NCBI GenBank assembly: GCA_016838885.1
Contig: JAEKNW010000194.1
Span: forward strand, 1-58,777
Length of the DNA: 58,777 nt
From: Candidatus Cloacimonadota bacterium
GTDB lineage: Bacteria > Cloacimonadota > Cloacimonadia > Cloacimonadales > JAFGVF01
Direction: 5' to 3'
Part shown: one piece after another, positions 7,534 through 17,157 of the stretch
How positions within the stretch are numbered: position 1 is the first letter of the stretch
How the letters are laid out: each line of letters opens with the position of its first letter
Notes under the pieces: model-generated
Databases searched by the model: none
The model's input: the letters and a program-made list of their open reading frames with translations, nothing else
Told to the model about the DNA's origin: nothing
Program-made: the position numbers and the translations under genes

Positions 7534-10266
7534 ATGAAAAAAGTATTGATCGTATTATTAGTGATATTTGCTTGGTCGTTCGCACAAGCTCTTATCGATT
7601 TAAACACAGCGACACTGGAAGAACTTAAAACACTTCCAATTACTGAACAACAAGCTCAAGATATTTTCGAATATCGTGAATTTGTAAGTTTCTTTGAGAG
7701 TATTTTTGATCTTAGAAAAATTGAATCTATTGATCAAAAAACAATGCTCAAAATCAGAGAGGAAGTGAAAATATCTCGTTACACTGATGCCGACGAAGTC
7801 GATCAGCGTAGAGAAGAAATCGGATATCTCTTAGAAAGATTAGGCGAAAGCGAAGGCTCTTCTGAAGGTATGAATGATGTTTGGGCAGATTATCTTATGT
7901 CTCCCCAAAATATCAATTATATGCTTTACGAAGACTTAATCTCCATCCCCAATGTTTCTGCTGTCGATGCTGTTGCTATTCTTAAAAAACGCTCGCTAGG
8001 CGAAAAATTCGGCAATATTAGAGATATTCGTACTACCCAAGGAATGTCGTATTATGGCTACTCAAATCTCAGACATTATGTCTTCTTCGATGATGCTAAG
8101 GCTCTTAACAGAGTCTATATGGATTATCAATTCAAAATTGAATCTCAAGATTTTGAAGAAGACTCTTCTGATATGTATAAAGAGCCTCAAATTAGAGATA
8201 CTTATGGATATAAAGTTTATGTTGAAGAAGATTTGCCAATTCTTCAGGAAATTTATAAAGAGATTAGAGCAAAAGATAATTCATATTATGGATATTTTAA
8301 TCTTGATAAATACAAACCTGCTGTTTCTCATAAATTTAGAGCAAGATATAGTAATAAGTATAAATTTGGATTAATGGATTTTTCCGATAAAACCATCTCT
8401 CCTACTGTAGATAAAGGCTGGACGGATCTTAGAGATGATGCTAAATATTATGCAGGTTATGAAGACAAATATCAAGCCTATGAAGGTTTTGGTGGCACTT
8501 ACTTCTTAAAAGCCTATGCAGGTCATTACAGAGCAACTTATGGTGAAGGTTTAGTCATGGAAAACACTGATTTCTACTCTCCTCGTAAGACAGGTTTAGG
8601 CTTCTCCAAGAGAATCATGGGAATTACCCCTGATTTATCAAAGAGTCAATCTACTGCCCTTAGAGGTGGTGCTGTAGAAATAAAGAATGATTATTTCACA
8701 AGCTCTTTCTTCTATTCAAATACCAAAAAAGATGCTTTAGTCTATATGGAAAAATATGTAGATGAAAATGACAAGACATGGTCTATTCCCGTAAAAGACG
8801 AAAATGGAAATTATAAAGTTTTTTCTTATATCAATTCTACTATTAGATTTGATAATGATGACTTAGCTGAAGCTGAAACCCATTTTAATGAAGAGTTAAC
8901 AACAACTTCAATATCACCTTCAGGTAATGAAACAGGATATACTGTTGATTATCTTAGCTTAGCTCCCAGAAAGAACATTATTAATGAGCAAATCATTGGT
9001 GGACACCTTCAATATAACCCAATTATAGGTACCCGCTTAGGTTTTACTACTTATACTGCTACCTATAATAATGCTGAATTCGTAGTCCCTGAAAGTAATG
9101 ATTTAATGAGATTGCTTATCAGAGGGGATAATAATTATAATAAATGGAAGCAACCAAATTCATCACTTGCTGCCATGTATTCAACTAAGACTGATAGTTA
9201 TGATCGTGATTATAGAAGAGTTATAGGTTTTGATGGGGGAACTGTGATAAATAATGTCTCCATCGATGGTGAATATGCAGAACTTAGTGTTGATGGCGAT
9301 GATATGAAGCTAGGTGATGACCCTAAAGCTTACCTAATCAAAGCTCATACTCAATATAATAATTTCTATTTCTTAACCCTCTATAGAAATTATGATTTAG
9401 ACTTTGATAACCCTTATTCTAATGCTTTTGCTGAGCAACCAAAGTATGACGATACGATCTTAGATAAGAATGTCTATGCTTTAACTAATCCTTTGATTGC
9501 TGATGTATATAACAACTCATCACAAGCTCAAGCTGAAAAAGGTTTCTACTTTGAGACTCGTTATCAATTTCATCGTAATTTCATCCTGGGAAGAACTTAT
9601 CTTGATATCTTTGAAAGAGTCGCTGATGCCAGAAATACTGTGAGATTCCAAAGTGAAATAGAATACAGAGCTTTCCACCAACTTCGCTTTAAACTTAAAT
9701 ATAAGAATCAAGTTAACAGATACGCTGATGATGCTGAAAGAGGAGTTTCAAATACTCAAGAATATACTCTTAATGCTCGGATGTTACTCTCCAATAGAAA
9801 CTTCTTTGAAATTGAGTATCGCTATAATACCGTTAAATCACCTCCTTATGTCTCTTTAACTAACCCGGCTGAAGAAGGTAATAACACTCATGCTCAATCT
9901 ATGTCTTATATGAATGGTGATTATATTGCTGTTAACTATACTCATATCCTCAGTCCAAAACTTAAATTCCGTGGTTCTGTTTGCCTCTGGAACGGTTATG
10001 ATATTTCACATTGGGATTGGGAAGATATTGAGTTAGATTTCATGGGTGATAGAGGTTTCAAATATTGGTTCACTATTCAAAATAATATATCTGAGAATAT
10101 TTATCTATCTTTTAAATATAAGACCAAGATTTATAGAACTCAAGAACTTTTCATCAGGAAGTATAATGAATTAGATGACTTAGTTGATTTAGAGATACCA
10201 ACCTACTATGATAGAGTTGAAAAGAGAGATAACACATTTAGATTACAAATTGATTATAGATTTTAA
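7534..10266 (+). CDS. Outer-membrane beta-barrel-like protein with two N-terminal ComEA-type helix-hairpin-helix domains
   Basis: Start moved to MKKVLIV, which begins a signal peptide ending AQA. DLNTATLEELKTLP..YREF and ISIPNVSAVDAVAILKKR are HhH-like. A long Tyr/Asn-rich region ends in DYRF, an OMP-type C-terminal Phe. Confidence 0.7.
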   Translation: MKKVLIVLLVIFAWSFAQALIDLNTATLEELKTLPITEQQAQDIFEYREFVSFFESIFDLRKIESIDQKTMLKIREEVKISRYTDADEVDQRREEIGYLLERLGESEGSSEGMNDVWADYLMSPQNINYMLYEDLISIPNVSAVDAVAILKKRSLGEKFGNIRDIRTTQGMSYYGYSNLRHYVFFDDAKALNRVYMDYQFKIESQDFEEDSSDMYKEPQIRDTYGYKVYVEEDLPILQEIYKEIRAKDNSYYGYFNLDKYKPAVSHKFRARYSNKYKFGLMDFSDKTISPTVDKGWTDLRDDAKYYAGYEDKYQAYEGFGGTYFLKAYAGHYRATYGEGLVMENTDFYSPRKTGLGFSKRIMGITPDLSKSQSTALRGGAVEIKNDYFTSSFFYSNTKKDALVYMEKYVDENDKTWSIPVKDENGNYKVFSYINSTIRFDNDDLAEAETHFNEELTTTSISPSGNETGYTVDYLSLAPRKNIINEQIIGGHLQYNPIIGTRLGFTTYTATYNNAEFVVPESNDLMRLLIRGDNNYNKWKQPNSSLAAMYSTKTDSYDRDYRRVIGFDGGTVINNVSIDGEYAELSVDGDDMKLGDDPKAYLIKAHTQYNNFYFLTLYRNYDLDFDNPYSNAFAEQPKYDDTILDKNVYALTNPLIADVYNNSSQAQAEKGFYFETRYQFHRNFILGRTYLDIFERVADARNTVRFQSEIEYRAFHQLRFKLKYKNQVNRYADDAERGVSNTQEYTLNARMLLSNRNFFEIEYRYNTVKSPPYVSLTNPAEEGNNTHAQSMSYMNGDYIAVNYTHILSPKLKFRGSVCLWNGYDISHWDWEDIELDFMGDRGFKYWFTIQNNISENIYLSFKYKTKIYRTQELFIRKYNELDDLVDLEIPTYYDRVEKRDNTFRLQIDYRF

Positions 10267-10278
10267 TTGGAGGATTTA

Positions 10279-11718
10279 ATGTATAGAAAAATTATAATTT
10301 TATTACTAACAGTGTTAGCTGTTGGAACTTTAAGCAGTTATTCGTTAAATGAATTTCATTACGGATATAAATTAAACACTTTGGATGCGACAGCTGTTTC
10401 AATGGGAAATACAGGTACTGCAGGTTCCTCTAACCCTATGGGTATTACCCTCAATGCCATTAACACCCTAAATCAAAATAAAAACTTTGCCTTTGGAACA
10501 ACTATCAATGCTAATAAAGGTGAAGATAAGAGATCATTTCCTATGTATAACTCCTTCAACGCTTATATTAATGAATCTACCTACACTGCTCAAGAAAACA
10601 TCTTTTATAACATCGGTGTTGCCCTATCAGGAAAATATGACTTAGATAAATATAACAGCTTTGGTTTTGGATTATACATGACTCCCAGATATAGCTTTGC
10701 TGGTGGATATAATGAAGAAGTAAGAAATAATGATAACTCTAATGATGACTTGTATCCTGAAAAAATTGCTATCAATAAGATTGATAACGAGGGTGCTCTT
10801 TATGCTTACGGTTTATCTTTAGCTTATAAATCTTCTTTTGATAACCTAACTTATCTTAGAAGCTTAGCTATCGGTGCTAATGTAGAAATGCTTACCGGTA
10901 ATGCTGAATCTGCTAAGACTATCAGATTTACCGATTGGGCTCATACTACTGCAGGTTACGGTGTTCTCCCTGATTATGAAGAGAAGTTTGATCGTGATTT
11001 ATCCGGCTTAGCCATGCAGTTTTCTATGAACTATGAACTAAACCATAGAGCTACTTTTGCTTTTGTTTATTCACCTAAAACAAGCATAGAAGTTGATGCT
11101 ACAAATAGCTTTAATTCTTACCGTACTTATGCTGATTCAACTATGATGGTAGATTATCCTATCATCGGAGCTGACTCCTTGAAACATAACTTTATGATGG
11201 AAGATTACGACCTCCCATCTTCTTATAAATTTGCTTTCCAACTTAGACCACGTAATGTGCTAAAAACTACCTTCAATGTTGAAGCTGAATTAGTCCGCTG
11301 GTCTGAAACTAATAATCTTTTCGAAGATAAATATAACTACTATTTAGGTATTGAACACAAAATCATCGAAACTGTTCCTGTCAGATTAGGATTTTCTTCA
11401 ACTCATAGTTATGATATTGGTTATGATAACGATTATGCTTATGCTGTTGAATTACAGACCCCAACCGTCTCTCTTGGAACAGGATTTGAGTTTTCTAACA
11501 GACTCAGAGCTGATGTAGGTTTTTCCTACTCTTTCCGTAGTTTTGAGACTTTAGACCTCTTCATGGATGAGTATTATGATTATGATGCTTTGTGGCCAAC
11601 AAACACTGACACAAATCATTATAACGACATTATATTGCAAAATCGTGACTGGTCTAATCCTGATACTGTAAAAGAGAATATCTTTGATTTTATGTTCTCT
11701 CTAACCTTAGACATATAA
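10279..11718 (+). CDS. Secreted / outer-membrane protein, function unknown
   Basis: ATG at 10279 lies behind GGAGGA. It has a signal peptide and an alternating aromatic pattern. It immediately follows the HhH-barrel gene. Confidence 0.6.
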   Translation: MYRKIIILLLTVLAVGTLSSYSLNEFHYGYKLNTLDATAVSMGNTGTAGSSNPMGITLNAINTLNQNKNFAFGTTINANKGEDKRSFPMYNSFNAYINESTYTAQENIFYNIGVALSGKYDLDKYNSFGFGLYMTPRYSFAGGYNEEVRNNDNSNDDLYPEKIAINKIDNEGALYAYGLSLAYKSSFDNLTYLRSLAIGANVEMLTGNAESAKTIRFTDWAHTTAGYGVLPDYEEKFDRDLSGLAMQFSMNYELNHRATFAFVYSPKTSIEVDATNSFNSYRTYADSTMMVDYPIIGADSLKHNFMMEDYDLPSSYKFAFQLRPRNVLKTTFNVEAELVRWSETNNLFEDKYNYYLGIEHKIIETVPVRLGFSSTHSYDIGYDNDYAYAVELQTPTVSLGTGFEFSNRLRADVGFSYSFRSFETLDLFMDEYYDYDALWPTNTDTNHYNDIILQNRDWSNPDTVKENIFDFMFSLTLDI

Positions 11719-11743
11719 CCTGCTAACATAAATAAGGTAAAAT

Positions 11744-13384
11744 ATGAAAAAATTAATTATACTTATATCCCTCCTTAGTCTCTTTAGTTTAAATGCTGAA
11801 GACTTAAGGTTAGATATTATGTTTAGTAATGATGTTCATGGTGGTATATCACGAGATCAAGCTACTTTCATGAATCCTGAATTTCCACCTAAATTGGGAG
11901 GCGGAGCTTCTCATGCCACTCTAATTAAGCATGTGAGAAGTCTGACTAATGACAGAAGAGACAATCTTCTCTTAGATGCAGGAGATTTCTGGCAAGGTAA
12001 ACCTATCGGTACCGTAACCAATGGCGAGGCTATCATTGAATACTATAATATGATTGGCTACGATGCCCTTACTATCGGTAACCATGAATATGATATCAAA
12101 GAAAAAGAGATTATCAAAACTCTTGAAATGGCTAATTTTCCTATTCTTTCTTGCAATATTGTAGATAAAGAAACCGGGGAATTAGTTGATTATGTCCAAC
12201 CTTACATCATAGTCGAAAAAATGGGGGTAAAGATTGGTATTATTGGTTTAACAACTATTGATACTAAACTCATGTCTTTCCCAGATAATATTGAAGGACT
12301 AGACTTCTTAGATGAAATAGAATCCCTTAATAAATATATCCCTATCGTAAAATCTGAAGGTGCTGATATCATTATTGTACTAGGGCACATGGGGCTTCCT
12401 TATGATCCTGCTGCTTCTTACGAAAAGAGATTTAAAGGTGATTCCCTAGAAAAGAAACAAAGATATTATGGCTGGGATTCCCAAGAGATTCTTCACTTTG
12501 TTCCAGGTATAGATCTTTTAGTCGGTGGTCACATGCATAAAGGTTTTCCTGAACCATGGATTGATCCAATTACTCAAGGTATGGCTATCCAAGGCTATGC
12601 TTTTGGTTCTAACTTAGGTTGGATTACTCTCAAGATAGATGAAGAGACAAAGACTCTTTCAGGTTATGAACTCCCTTCTTTATCTAATGGTTTAATGATA
12701 ACTATGTTTGAAGATGAGTTTGCCTTAGATCCTGAGATCCACGAAGTTATCGAAGCTAACAGAAAATTAGCTGAAGCTGGTATGGATGATGTAATCGGAA
12801 TAGCTGAAGTACATCTTCACCGTCAAAATGTTGAAGCTCAATCCCCTATGGGAAACACTGTGGCTGATGCGATGAGACTACAAACAAATGCTGACTTCGC
12901 CTTTCTTAACCTAGGTGGAATAAGAGCTGAAATCGGGGCTGGTCCTGTTACCTATAGAGATATTTTCTCAGTTATGCCTTTTGATAATCAGCTAATATCT
13001 TTTCAAGCAGATGGAAGATTTCTCAAAGAAATTATCGAAACACGTGTTGAAGGTTCAAGAGCAGGTATGATTTGCTCCGGTGCCAAAGTAAAATTCAGTA
13101 GAACTAGAGAAAATTTTGATAGAATTACTGAGTTAGTCATTGGTGGTGAGGAATGGGACCCAGATAAAATATATACTGTTGCAACAACAGACTTCCTTAT
13201 GGAAGGTAATGCTGGATTAACTCTCTTGACTAGAGTTCAAGATGAGGATATATCTAGAAATAATCTTGATCTCAGAGATGCTATAGCTAATCACTTTAAG
13301 CAAAATTCACCTATCAAAACTAGAATCGATGATCGTTGGATTAGAGATGATGCCTCTACTCCAAAAGATTATTTAAGGAAATAA
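11744..13384 (+). CDS. Secreted bifunctional metallophosphatase / 5'-nucleotidase (UshA-like)
   Basis: 546 aa with a signal peptide. NDVHGG, GDFWQG and GNHEYD are calcineurin-like motifs, followed by a C-terminal 5'-nucleotidase domain. Confidence 0.85.
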   Translation: MKKLIILISLLSLFSLNAEDLRLDIMFSNDVHGGISRDQATFMNPEFPPKLGGGASHATLIKHVRSLTNDRRDNLLLDAGDFWQGKPIGTVTNGEAIIEYYNMIGYDALTIGNHEYDIKEKEIIKTLEMANFPILSCNIVDKETGELVDYVQPYIIVEKMGVKIGIIGLTTIDTKLMSFPDNIEGLDFLDEIESLNKYIPIVKSEGADIIIVLGHMGLPYDPAASYEKRFKGDSLEKKQRYYGWDSQEILHFVPGIDLLVGGHMHKGFPEPWIDPITQGMAIQGYAFGSNLGWITLKIDEETKTLSGYELPSLSNGLMITMFEDEFALDPEIHEVIEANRKLAEAGMDDVIGIAEVHLHRQNVEAQSPMGNTVADAMRLQTNADFAFLNLGGIRAEIGAGPVTYRDIFSVMPFDNQLISFQADGRFLKEIIETRVEGSRAGMICSGAKVKFSRTRENFDRITELVIGGEEWDPDKIYTVATTDFLMEGNAGLTLLTRVQDEDISRNNLDLRDAIANHFKQNSPIKTRIDDRWIRDDASTPKDYLRK

Positions 13385-13387
13385 TTA

Positions 13388-14068
13388 ATGATAAGCTTAG
13401 CTATTGATACTTCAAATAGCTCAGGCTCTATTGCCTTGATGAAAAATAGAGAACTAGTTTTTTCTAGCTTCTTTAACATAAAAATTACGCATTCAGAGAC
13501 TTTAATGCCCGAGATTGATCGGGCATTAAGTCTGTGTAATGTCGATACTAGTGATTTAGATGCAATTCTAATTGCTATTGGACCTGGCTCTTTTACAGGT
13601 TTAAGAATCGGCTTGGCTACAGCTAAAGGGATAAGTTTTGCTCATAAACTTCCCCTTATTCCTATTAGTTCTTTAAAGATTGTAGCCATGAATTATTATA
13701 AGTGTGGAAAAGATATCTTAGTTATGCAGGATGCTAAAATGAAAGAAGTATATCTTGCTGTCTATTCTTCTAACTTAGATGAAATTGTTGCACCTTGCTG
13801 TATCAGTCCTGATGATGTTGTTAAGTTTATTGAAAAGCCAACTATTGCAGTTGGAACTGGAGTTAATCCCTATCGTAAGTTCATTTCAGATAATCCTAAT
13901 ATTGAAATTAATGATCTTGAAGATAAGAATCTGGCAAAGGCAGAATCAATGTTTTCAGTTACTCAGATTGAAAATATTCATCCTTCTTTTGACTTTGATT
14001 TTAATTCTCAACTTGAACCATATTATATTAGAAAATCTCAAGCTGAAGTAAATCGAACTCAATCCTAA
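13388..14068 (+). CDS. tsaB: tRNA threonylcarbamoyladenosine biosynthesis protein TsaB
   Basis: 226 aa. LAIDTSNSSGSIAL and GPGSFTGLRIG are YeaZ/TsaB motifs. Confidence 0.85.
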   Translation: MISLAIDTSNSSGSIALMKNRELVFSSFFNIKITHSETLMPEIDRALSLCNVDTSDLDAILIAIGPGSFTGLRIGLATAKGISFAHKLPLIPISSLKIVAMNYYKCGKDILVMQDAKMKEVYLAVYSSNLDEIVAPCCISPDDVVKFIEKPTIAVGTGVNPYRKFISDNPNIEINDLEDKNLAKAESMFSVTQIENIHPSFDFDFNSQLEPYYIRKSQAEVNRTQS

Positions 14069-14112
14069 TCAGTTGAAAGACCTCTGATTTAAGTTTAAAT
14101 TTTGGAGTAAAT

Positions 14113-15150
14113 ATGTTATTACAAAGATTATTTAGTAAAATATCAAATGATATTGCGATCGACTTAGGTACTGCAAATACCTTAGTTTATAAAAAGAATT
14201 CCGGCATAGTTATCAACGAGCCTTCAGTAGTTGCCTTAGCTACAGACACTAAGAAAGTTCTAGCCATTGGGGCAGATGCTAAAGAAATGTTAGGTAGAAA
14301 TCCAACTGAAGTTACCGTGATAAAGCCTTTGAAAGATGGGGTTATTGCAGACTTTCAGGTAACAGAAATAATGTTGAGAAACCTAATTCTTAGAGCTCAA
14401 AAAAATAAATTCCATATCAGACCACGTGTCATAGTATGTGTCCCTTCAGGGATTACTGAAGTTGAAAAAAGAGCAGTCCGAGATAGTGCCTTACATGCCG
14501 GTTCTCGTGAAGTATATTTAGTTTCAGAGCCGATTGCCGCAGCAATTGGAGCAGATTTATTAATCCACAAACCTTTTGGTAATTTAGTCATGGATATCGG
14601 GGGTGGTACCTCGGAAATTGCAGTTATCTCACTATCTCATATTGTAGTTCATAATTCTATCCGAGTTGGTGGTGATTCTATCGATAGAGACATCATTAAC
14701 CACTTACGTAAGAAAAATAACCTCCATGTAGGTATTCAAACTGCTGAAGAGATTAAAAAGAAAATCGGTTCCTGTGTTCCCTTAAAAGAAGAACTTACTA
14801 TGAATGTCTCAGGAAGAGATATCGTAAGTGGCTATCCTGTAACTGTCCAAATCTCCTCTGAAGAGATTAGAGAGGCAATCAGTGATACCGTCGATGTAAT
14901 GATAGATGCAATTAAAAAACTCTTTGAAAGAACTGCTCCTGAATTAGCTTCTGATATAGCTGAAAGAGGTGTTTTTTTAACTGGTGGTGGAGCTTTATTA
15001 CGTGGCTTAGATGCCAAAATTCAATCCACTGTCGATTTACCTGTCCATGTTGTTCCTGACCCACTTACTTGTGTTGTCAAAGGTTCAGGAAAGATTTTAG
15101 ATAATTTAGAATCCTACAGAGAAGTATTGATTAAGAAAATTGAAGATTAA
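14113..15150 (+). CDS. mreB: Rod shape-determining protein MreB
   Basis: 345 aa. IDLGTANTLV, DIGGGTSE and an actin-like fold. Confidence 0.95.
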   Translation: MLLQRLFSKISNDIAIDLGTANTLVYKKNSGIVINEPSVVALATDTKKVLAIGADAKEMLGRNPTEVTVIKPLKDGVIADFQVTEIMLRNLILRAQKNKFHIRPRVIVCVPSGITEVEKRAVRDSALHAGSREVYLVSEPIAAAIGADLLIHKPFGNLVMDIGGGTSEIAVISLSHIVVHNSIRVGGDSIDRDIINHLRKKNNLHVGIQTAEEIKKKIGSCVPLKEELTMNVSGRDIVSGYPVTVQISSEEIREAISDTVDVMIDAIKKLFERTAPELASDIAERGVFLTGGGALLRGLDAKIQSTVDLPVHVVPDPLTCVVKGSGKILDNLESYREVLIKKIED

Positions 15151-15155
15151 TAACT

Positions 15156-15932
15156 GTGCAGAAAAGCTCACTCCTTCGGTTAATTCTATTATTCGTTGCG
15201 ATTGTATTGGTGATTGGGAGTCAAGAAAACAAAATCAAGAAAGCTGATTTTTTCTCCTCCTTTATTATTTACCCCTACATACAATCTGTTAACTACTTGC
15301 ATTCTCTCAAGCAAAGAGACTTGGAAATTGATCAATTAATAGATGAGCTCCATAAAGAGAAAATCTACTCCAGCGTCCTAAAAACTGAATTAATCAGAAC
15401 TAGGGCTGAGTTAGATTTGAAAGATAGATGGTTTTCAGAGTCTGATTCCCTGTTTAAAAGTCTAGATATAGTTAGTACTAAGGTCATCTCCAACTCTTAT
15501 CCTGTCTATTCAAAGACCCTAATCTTAGATAAAGGTCTCAACTATAGGATCAATGTTAATGATGCTGTGATAAGTCAATACGGGATTGTAGGGAAAATTA
15601 TTAGTGTTGGACCTACCCACTCTATAGTCTTACCCATAGTAAATTATAATGCCAAGTTCTCTGTTATGAACAAAAGAAATGTGCAAGGAATTCTTAATGC
15701 GGATTATACTGGTTCACTCAAAATGAACTTAATAGAGAAAAACTCTAATATTGTAAAAGGAGATACTCTCTTTACTTCTAATTTGTCAGAGATATTTACT
15801 AACTACTATGCTCCTGTAGGAATTGTTGATTCTGTATATATGGCTGATAACCAGCTCTATTTAGAAGCTGATGTTAGCTCTTTTACCCAAATAAATAATC
15901 TAACTACGGTTTTTGTAATTAAACCCAAATAA
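15156..15932 (+). CDS. mreC: Rod shape-determining protein MreC
   Basis: GTG start. It has an N-terminal TM, a coiled coil and a beta domain (GIVGKIISVG), and lies after mreB. Confidence 0.8.
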   Translation: MQKSSLLRLILLFVAIVLVIGSQENKIKKADFFSSFIIYPYIQSVNYLHSLKQRDLEIDQLIDELHKEKIYSSVLKTELIRTRAELDLKDRWFSESDSLFKSLDIVSTKVISNSYPVYSKTLILDKGLNYRINVNDAVISQYGIVGKIISVGPTHSIVLPIVNYNAKFSVMNKRNVQGILNADYTGSLKMNLIEKNSNIVKGDTLFTSNLSEIFTNYYAPVGIVDSVYMADNQLYLEADVSSFTQINNLTTVFVIKPK

Positions 15933-15973
15933 TGCAACAGACCTTTGTGTAAAGCTCTACTGCACCATTCGGG
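15922..15973. repeat. Mini copy (52 bp) of the family-1 repeat: both terminal motifs, no interior
   Basis: AACCCAAATAATGCAACAGACCTTTGTG is followed by TAAAGCTCTACTGCACCATTCGGG. It overlaps the last codons and stop of mreC. Confidence 0.6.
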
Positions 15974-15988
15974 ATAAAAGGAGAAATA

Positions 15989-16666
15989 ATGAAAAAATTT
16001 GAAGCTATAGTTGTCATAAATAATGTTAAATATAAAAGAATTCCTATTAAAACTAGGATTCTCTCTCCTGAAGATGATATCATAGAATTAATGAAAGAAT
16101 ATGTTCAACCTCTCTATCAAGCTGGAGATATTGTTACTTTAAGCGAATCTCCTGTGGCGATTACTCAAGGTAGAGCTATTCCGGTGAGTGAACTTAAGAT
16201 AGGCTGGTTGGCTAAATTCTTATGGCGATTTGTTGCCAAAGTGCCTTATGGTGTTGGACTTCGAGCTCCTGAAAGTATGCAATGTGCCATTGATGAGACC
16301 GGAGGACTTAGAATTATCTTAGCAGCAGGAATTGGTGCTATTACAAAACTTTTTGGGATTAAAGGGATGTTCTATCGAGTTGCCGGAATGCAAGCTGCCC
16401 TTATCGATGCTGCAACCACCTCGCCAGTTCCCCCCTATGATAAATGCGTAATTAAAGGTCCTAAAAACCCACAAAAAGTTACAGAGCAGATTCTCCAAGC
16501 AACAGGTATCGATACAGTCATTATGGATATCAATGACATTGGCGGAAGCTGGGCTATCGGGGCATCAAAAAATATTGACAAGAAATTAGTTGAAAAGATA
16601 ATGAAAGATAATCCCCAAGGACAAGGAGATGAACTTACTCCCTTCTGCATCATCAGGAAAGAGTAA
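15989..16666 (+). CDS. F420-0:gamma-glutamyl ligase (CofE)-like family protein
   Basis: 225 aa. AGDIVTLSESPVAITQGRA and the following G-rich segment resemble PF01996. Its stop overlaps the mreD ATG by 1 nt. Confidence 0.55.
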   Translation: MKKFEAIVVINNVKYKRIPIKTRILSPEDDIIELMKEYVQPLYQAGDIVTLSESPVAITQGRAIPVSELKIGWLAKFLWRFVAKVPYGVGLRAPESMQCAIDETGGLRIILAAGIGAITKLFGIKGMFYRVAGMQAALIDAATTSPVPPYDKCVIKGPKNPQKVTEQILQATGIDTVIMDINDIGGSWAIGASKNIDKKLVEKIMKDNPQGQGDELTPFCIIRKE

Positions 16667-17157
16667 TGAATTCCATTCTTTTAATTATTTTATCAATCTT
16701 TGGTCTATTTTATCAGGTATTAACCCTAAATGAGATTACTCTTTATAATTATATACCTAATATTTTAATCCCTCTCTTGATATTTAGTCACTTTTATCTG
16801 CATATTAATTTACACTCTATTCTTTTTTTCGTAATTGGAATAGCTTTGGATTGTAGTAACCCTCCCCTATTTGGAACTTATACACTATCATTTATGGTCC
16901 TTTCTTACATAATTTCTACAATAAGAAATCATATAGATCTTCATGTCTTTGTTAATAAATTAGTAATGATATTAATTTGCAACGGGATATTCTATCTCTT
17001 ATATAATCTTTTTGTTGGTATTGCTTTTAGACAGTCCTTCCTTACCCCGATCATCTCTCTCTTCATTAGTATGATCTTGAATACAATCATTTCTCTCTTT
17101 GTAATAGGACTTTTAGACTTCATAAGATTACTAAAATTTGAATACCCTAATGAATAA
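16666..17157 (+). CDS. mreD: Rod shape-determining protein MreD
   Basis: 163-aa polytopic membrane protein in the canonical position before PBP2. Confidence 0.75.
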   Translation: MNSILLIILSIFGLFYQVLTLNEITLYNYIPNILIPLLIFSHFYLHINLHSILFFVIGIALDCSNPPLFGTYTLSFMVLSYIISTIRNHIDLHVFVNKLVMILICNGIFYLLYNLFVGIAFRQSFLTPIISLFISMILNTIISLFVIGLLDFIRLLKFEYPNE

